Shown here: positions 17,635-21,186 of the stretch, one piece after another
Numbering within the stretch: position 1 is the stretch's first letter
Layout: each line of letters opens with the position of its first letter
From: Alteromonas naphthalenivorans
GTDB taxonomy: Bacteria > Babelota > Babeliae > Babelales > CAIQNR01
Direction of reading: 5' to 3'
DNA length: 21,186 nucleotides
Assembly (NCBI GenBank): GCA_047631715.1
Contig: JBLICC010000013.1
Span: forward strand, 1 to 21,186
Made by a program: the position numbers and the translations under genes
The notes under the pieces: generated by a model
What the model saw: only the letters and a program-made list of their open reading frames with translations
Told to the model about the DNA's origin: nothing
Database searches by the model: none

Positions 17635-18230
17635 TTAAAAAAAATATACTCACATTAATATTTATTATTTTATTTCCAGCTACTGCCACAAATATACATG
17701 ATAGAGATATACATGCTCTCATGCAAAATACAGATTTTATGCAAGAAGTTTTAACATCACCCGAAACACTAACTCCATTAATAGACCTCACTATCTCAAC
17801 ACCAAATCCAAAGTTAAAGCCTCAACCAAAAATGAGAGGTAAAGATATGGAGTTGCTCAACGCTAAACTTACTATTAAAAAAAATTGCATCGCTAAAGCT
17901 ACTTCCAGAGGGAAAGATATAAAACTTCTAAAAGCTAAAATGAGTAAATCTCGAAATCATATGTGTAAACTTTGCAACGCTTGCTACAAAAGTAGCAGTG
18001 CATTAAATTTTCATAGACAAAAAAAACATGGAAAACCATGGCCTTGCCTTGATTGCAAGAATATATACCCTGCATCCTCATCTTTGCTTTTACATCTTAA
18101 AAATGTTCATCCAGAACAAAGATCAAACGATCGATTACAATGCGAATATGGATGCATTAGACAGATTCATTGGCCTGCCGTTATGGCGCACCACAAACTT
18201 GTATGCAAAAAAGATCCAAATTTAAAGTAA
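17631..18230 (+). CDS. Secreted zinc-finger protein (2 C2H2 plus 1 C2HC, TRAF-like spacing)
   Basis: Signal peptide, CKLC-x12-H-x4-H, CLDC-x12-H-x4-H and CEYGC-x11-H-x4-C. ATGA overlap with the upstream gene. Confidence 0.85.
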   Translation: MIKKNILTLIFIILFPATATNIHDRDIHALMQNTDFMQEVLTSPETLTPLIDLTISTPNPKLKPQPKMRGKDMELLNAKLTIKKNCIAKATSRGKDIKLLKAKMSKSRNHMCKLCNACYKSSSALNFHRQKKHGKPWPCLDCKNIYPASSSLLLHLKNVHPEQRSNDRLQCEYGCIRQIHWPAVMAHHKLVCKKDPNLK

Positions 18231-18236
18231 TATATC

Positions 18237-20678
18237 TTATCTAACTACAAAAGAAATTAAGCGACCGGGAACCCAAATAACTTTGACAATACTTTTGCCT
18301 TCTAGCCATTTGGCAATCAGTTCTTTTGCTTGAGGCTCAACTTGCTCTTGCATCGCAGATCGATCGATAGTTAATTGCCCACGAACTTTACCATTTACCT
18401 GCACACCAATTGTAACTTCTGTTTGTTTTGCAAGCTCAGGATCAAATTGCGGCCAAGAACAATCACGTAATTGCTTATTAAACAACTGCTCTAACAACTC
18501 ACAACTCATGTGTGGCGTAAGCGCCGAAAGTGCAACAATCACTTGTTCGCTAGATGATGAACTAAGTTGAAGCTTATTGTGAATAAGATCATTAAAAAGC
18601 TCCATTGCTGCAGAAATTGCAGTATTAGGTTTAAAAAGATCTAAACGTTCTTGATAATCTTTTAAGAATTTATGCACACGTTTTTTTGCTTTTATATCTT
18701 CTTGATCATCTGCAATAATAGCATTATCAAAGTAAGTCATAACTTTTTGAGTAAAACGTTTAATGCCTTCTAGACCATTATCTTGCCATTCACAATCAAG
18801 TTCTGGTGGACCCATAAAGAGCATATACATACGCAATACATCTGAACCATACTTTTGTACAATTTCATCTGGATTAACTACATTGCCCTTTGATTTAGAC
18901 ATTTTTTCTACAGCACCACTCTTTTCTGAAAGCTTACAAACCATACCCTGATTAAACAGCTGCTTAAAAGGCTCATTAAATGGTACAAAGCCTTTTTCGT
19001 GCAAAAACTTTATATAAAAACGTGCATATAATAAATGTAAAATTGCATGTTCGATACCGCCCACATATAAATCAACCGGCATCCAATAATTCATATCTTG
19101 TTGATCAAACGGTTTATCGGCAAGTTTTGGATTTGGATAACGTAAAAAATACCAACAAGACCCAGCCCATTGCGGCATAGTATTAGTTTCTCGTTTTGCA
19201 GGACCAGAACATTCAGGGCATTCTGTGTTTACCCATTTATCTATACTAGCCAATGGCGATTCGCCCGTTCCTGTTGGTTGATACTTTTCTACATCAGGAA
19301 GCGCTACCGGCAACTGATCTTCTGGAACCGGAACAATACCACATTGAGTACATCTGATTAATGGAATCGGCTCACCCCAATAACGTTGACGAGAAAAAAT
19401 CCAGTCCCGTAAACGATATGATGTTTTAGGAACCGCAATACCTTGCTCTTGAACATACTTAATAATATCTTTTCGGCATTTACCAGCCACTTTACCTTCA
19501 AATGCTTTTGGTACAGTTAAAACACCATGCTGCATATCGGTATAACATACCTCAAGATTGCGTATTTTTTCTGAAAGCTCTTGGTCATCTGCAGGGAACA
19601 AAACTGGCTTAAGCGGGATATCGTATTTTTTAGCAAATGCAAAATCACGTTCATCATGCGCAGAACATTTTACAATACCTGTTCCATAATCTGCTAAAGC
19701 AAAGCTTGCTACCCAAATCGGTAAATCTCCATTACCTACAGGGTCAACTATATAACGCCCCGTAAACACACCAGCTACTTCTTTGTCCTCTTCTCTACCT
19801 AATGCTATTCGTTTTTCTAGCATCTTTTTACAGGTAGCTAAAACTTCTTTTTTATTTTCTACACCTTCAAGCAATGTCAGTAATAATGGATGATCGGGCG
19901 CAATTGCTACAAAAGTATCCGCATTAAACGCTTCAAAATGAGTAGAAAATGTTTGAATTTCTAAATCCATATCTTTAACCGGAGCAGTAAACAAAAGGCC
20001 TTCGCTTTTGCCAATCCAGTTACGCTGCATAGATTTTACTTTTTCTGGCCAATCAAGTGCATCTAAATCTTTAAGTAATGGTTCAGCATAATCGGTAATT
20101 TTTAATACCCACTGAGGGATTTGTTTCTTTTCTACTGCTGTACCACAACGCTCGCAACCATTATTTACAACTTCTTCATTAGCCAAACCGGTTTTGCATG
20201 ACGGGCACCAGTTGATAGGCATATTAGACTCATACGCAAGACCAGCTTTATACATTTGTACAAAAATCCATTGTGTCCATTTATAATAATTAGGATCGGT
20301 TGTATTAACCTCTTTATCCCAATCATAAAGAGCACCAATAGCTTTGAGCTGTTTTTTGAATGTAGCAATATTTTTGTCTGTAGAAATTTTGGGATGAATA
20401 CCCTTTTTGATAGCATCGTTTTCTGCAGGAAGCCCAAACGCATCCCATCCCATTGGATGCAATACATTGTAACCTTCTAGCCACTTTATACGCGCATAGA
20501 CATCAGAAAAAACATATCCACGCCAATGCCCAACATGCAGGCCAGAACCAGAAGGATACGGAAACATATCAAGACAGTAATATTTTTTGTCTTTATCTGT
20601 TCTTTGAACTTGAGCATCTGGATTATCTTCCCAGTGCTTTTGCCACTTCTTTTCTACTTCTGCTACGTTATACTGCAT
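18237..20678 (-). CDS. leuS: Leucine--tRNA ligase
   Basis: DMFPYPSGSGLHVGH (HIGH), GWDAFGLP, DWIFSRQRYWGEPIP, GGIEHA and KMSKS. ATG at 20678 follows GAGGA and is preferred over TTG 20693. Confidence 0.98.
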   Translation of the reverse strand: MQYNVAEVEKKWQKHWEDNPDAQVQRTDKDKKYYCLDMFPYPSGSGLHVGHWRGYVFSDVYARIKWLEGYNVLHPMGWDAFGLPAENDAIKKGIHPKISTDKNIATFKKQLKAIGALYDWDKEVNTTDPNYYKWTQWIFVQMYKAGLAYESNMPINWCPSCKTGLANEEVVNNGCERCGTAVEKKQIPQWVLKITDYAEPLLKDLDALDWPEKVKSMQRNWIGKSEGLLFTAPVKDMDLEIQTFSTHFEAFNADTFVAIAPDHPLLLTLLEGVENKKEVLATCKKMLEKRIALGREEDKEVAGVFTGRYIVDPVGNGDLPIWVASFALADYGTGIVKCSAHDERDFAFAKKYDIPLKPVLFPADDQELSEKIRNLEVCYTDMQHGVLTVPKAFEGKVAGKCRKDIIKYVQEQGIAVPKTSYRLRDWIFSRQRYWGEPIPLIRCTQCGIVPVPEDQLPVALPDVEKYQPTGTGESPLASIDKWVNTECPECSGPAKRETNTMPQWAGSCWYFLRYPNPKLADKPFDQQDMNYWMPVDLYVGGIEHAILHLLYARFYIKFLHEKGFVPFNEPFKQLFNQGMVCKLSEKSGAVEKMSKSKGNVVNPDEIVQKYGSDVLRMYMLFMGPPELDCEWQDNGLEGIKRFTQKVMTYFDNAIIADDQEDIKAKKRVHKFLKDYQERLDLFKPNTAISAAMELFNDLIHNKLQLSSSSSEQVIVALSALTPHMSCELLEQLFNKQLRDCSWPQFDPELAKQTEVTIGVQVNGKVRGQLTIDRSAMQEQVEPQAKELIAKWLEGKSIVKVIWVPGRLISFVVR

Positions 20679-20690
20679 GTTTTCCTCTAT

Positions 20691-20719
20691 CAAACAAAAA
20701 GGCCCATCATTAGGGCCTT
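20691..20719 (-). terminator. Terminator-like hairpin in the leuS 5' leader (possible attenuator)
   Basis: Minus strand AAGGCCC-taatgat-GGGCCTT-TTTGTTTG directly before the leuS RBS. Confidence 0.6.
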
Positions 20720-20787
20720 AGTTTACTTTGAATGAATAGAGAGGTCAAAATCACAAATTAACATTTACTATAAAAATAGTATTCTAA

Positions 20788-20802
20788 GTATAATTATTAT
20801 AC
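20788..20802. promoter_or_regulatory. Palindrome giving back-to-back TATAAT -10 boxes for the divergent leuS and Nudix genes
   Basis: GTATAAT-t-ATTATAC: TATAAT on + at 20789-20794 and on - at 20801-20796. No clear -35 boxes. Confidence 0.45.
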
Positions 20803-20823
20803 CTCTAATCTAGAAAGTTTTTT

Positions 20824-21186
20824 ATGCCTCAAATACAAGCTGTAAATGTCGCTCCACCAGTTAAAACAGAACGTATCTTAGTAGTAAAACGTTCAGAGCT
20901 TTTTCAAAAACCAGCATGGACTGGAATCAAGTCTGTGGATTTTGATGCATACCTTAAACTTATCCAAACTAAACAAGAATTCATGCCACGTAACTTGGCT
21001 GAAGAAAACTTTGACTATAAGCAGATTATTCCCTATTTAATCTTCCAACACCAAGACACCTACTTTTTAATGCAACGCAAAGCCGGATCATCCGAGCAGC
21101 GACTTGCAAACAAATACTCCCTTGGTATCGGTGGACATCTACGCGAAGAAGACATGGACGGAGCAACACTTTTTGATTGGGCACGT
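20824..21186 (+). CDS. Nudix-family phosphoesterase (YmaB-like), 3' truncated by the window
   Basis: Not in the ORF track. Manual translation gives MPQIQ...ERILVVKR...R.LAEENFDYKQIIPY...QR..GSSEQRL.NKYSLGIGGH..., open to the window end. Confidence 0.85.
   Translation, partial: MPQIQAVNVAPPVKTERILVVKRSELFQKPAWTGIKSVDFDAYLKLIQTKQEFMPRNLAEENFDYKQIIPYLIFQHQDTYFLMQRKAGSSEQRLANKYSLGIGGHLREEDMDGATLFDWAR

Noticed and set aside
15357..18230. Effector pocket as a mobile genomic island or prophage
   Set aside because: It looks more AT-rich and abuts the leuS stop (6 nt), but has no integrase, transposase, tRNA or flanking direct repeats. Local gene expansion is the simpler explanation.
51..20735. Numerous 60-106 aa ORFs in the track lying antisense or out of frame within long genes (e.g. 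845-1054, 7829-8026, 9455-9775, 18028-18225, 20165-20467)
   Set aside because: They overlap well-supported CDSs and have no RBS or domain signal, so they are shadow ORFs.
20723..20764. Classical Leu-rich leader peptide or T-box for leuS
   Set aside because: Only 2-3 scattered Leu codons, no clear RBS and no T-box consensus. Kept only as part of the weaker leader finding.
1..21186. CRISPR array, tRNA, rRNA or anti-phage defence operon
   Set aside because: No regularly spaced repeats, cloverleaf or rRNA-like segments were seen. The helicase is an ordinary RecD2 and the two Nudix genes are unlinked housekeeping types.

Overview
AT-rich bacterial chromosome segment. The gene content suggests an intracellular parasite of protists such as Candidatus Dependentiae/Babelota (TM6); this is an inference, not shown by the sequence. 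The housekeeping backbone is recD2, an amidase and a GerMN-like gene, a Nudix hydrolase, a minus-strand run uvrB / M3 oligopeptidase / recO-like / giant MscS-family channel, then leuS and a partial YmaB-like Nudix gene. Two pockets of short orphan genes with Sec-type signal peptides interrupt it. The first (4620-6064) includes a secreted RING-H2 protein and a paralog sharing its leader. The second (15357-18230) encodes a protein with two tandem LC3/ATG8-binding-like motifs and three tandem secreted C2H2 zinc-finger proteins built like eukaryotic transcription factors. Together they look like a Sec-exported, eukaryote-mimicking effector set. The LeuRS editing site is also remodelled (Ala at the E. 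coli T252-equivalent position, ValRS-like GTGxVK), and a terminator-like hairpin lies in the leuS leader. No rRNA, tRNA, CRISPR array or IS element was seen.
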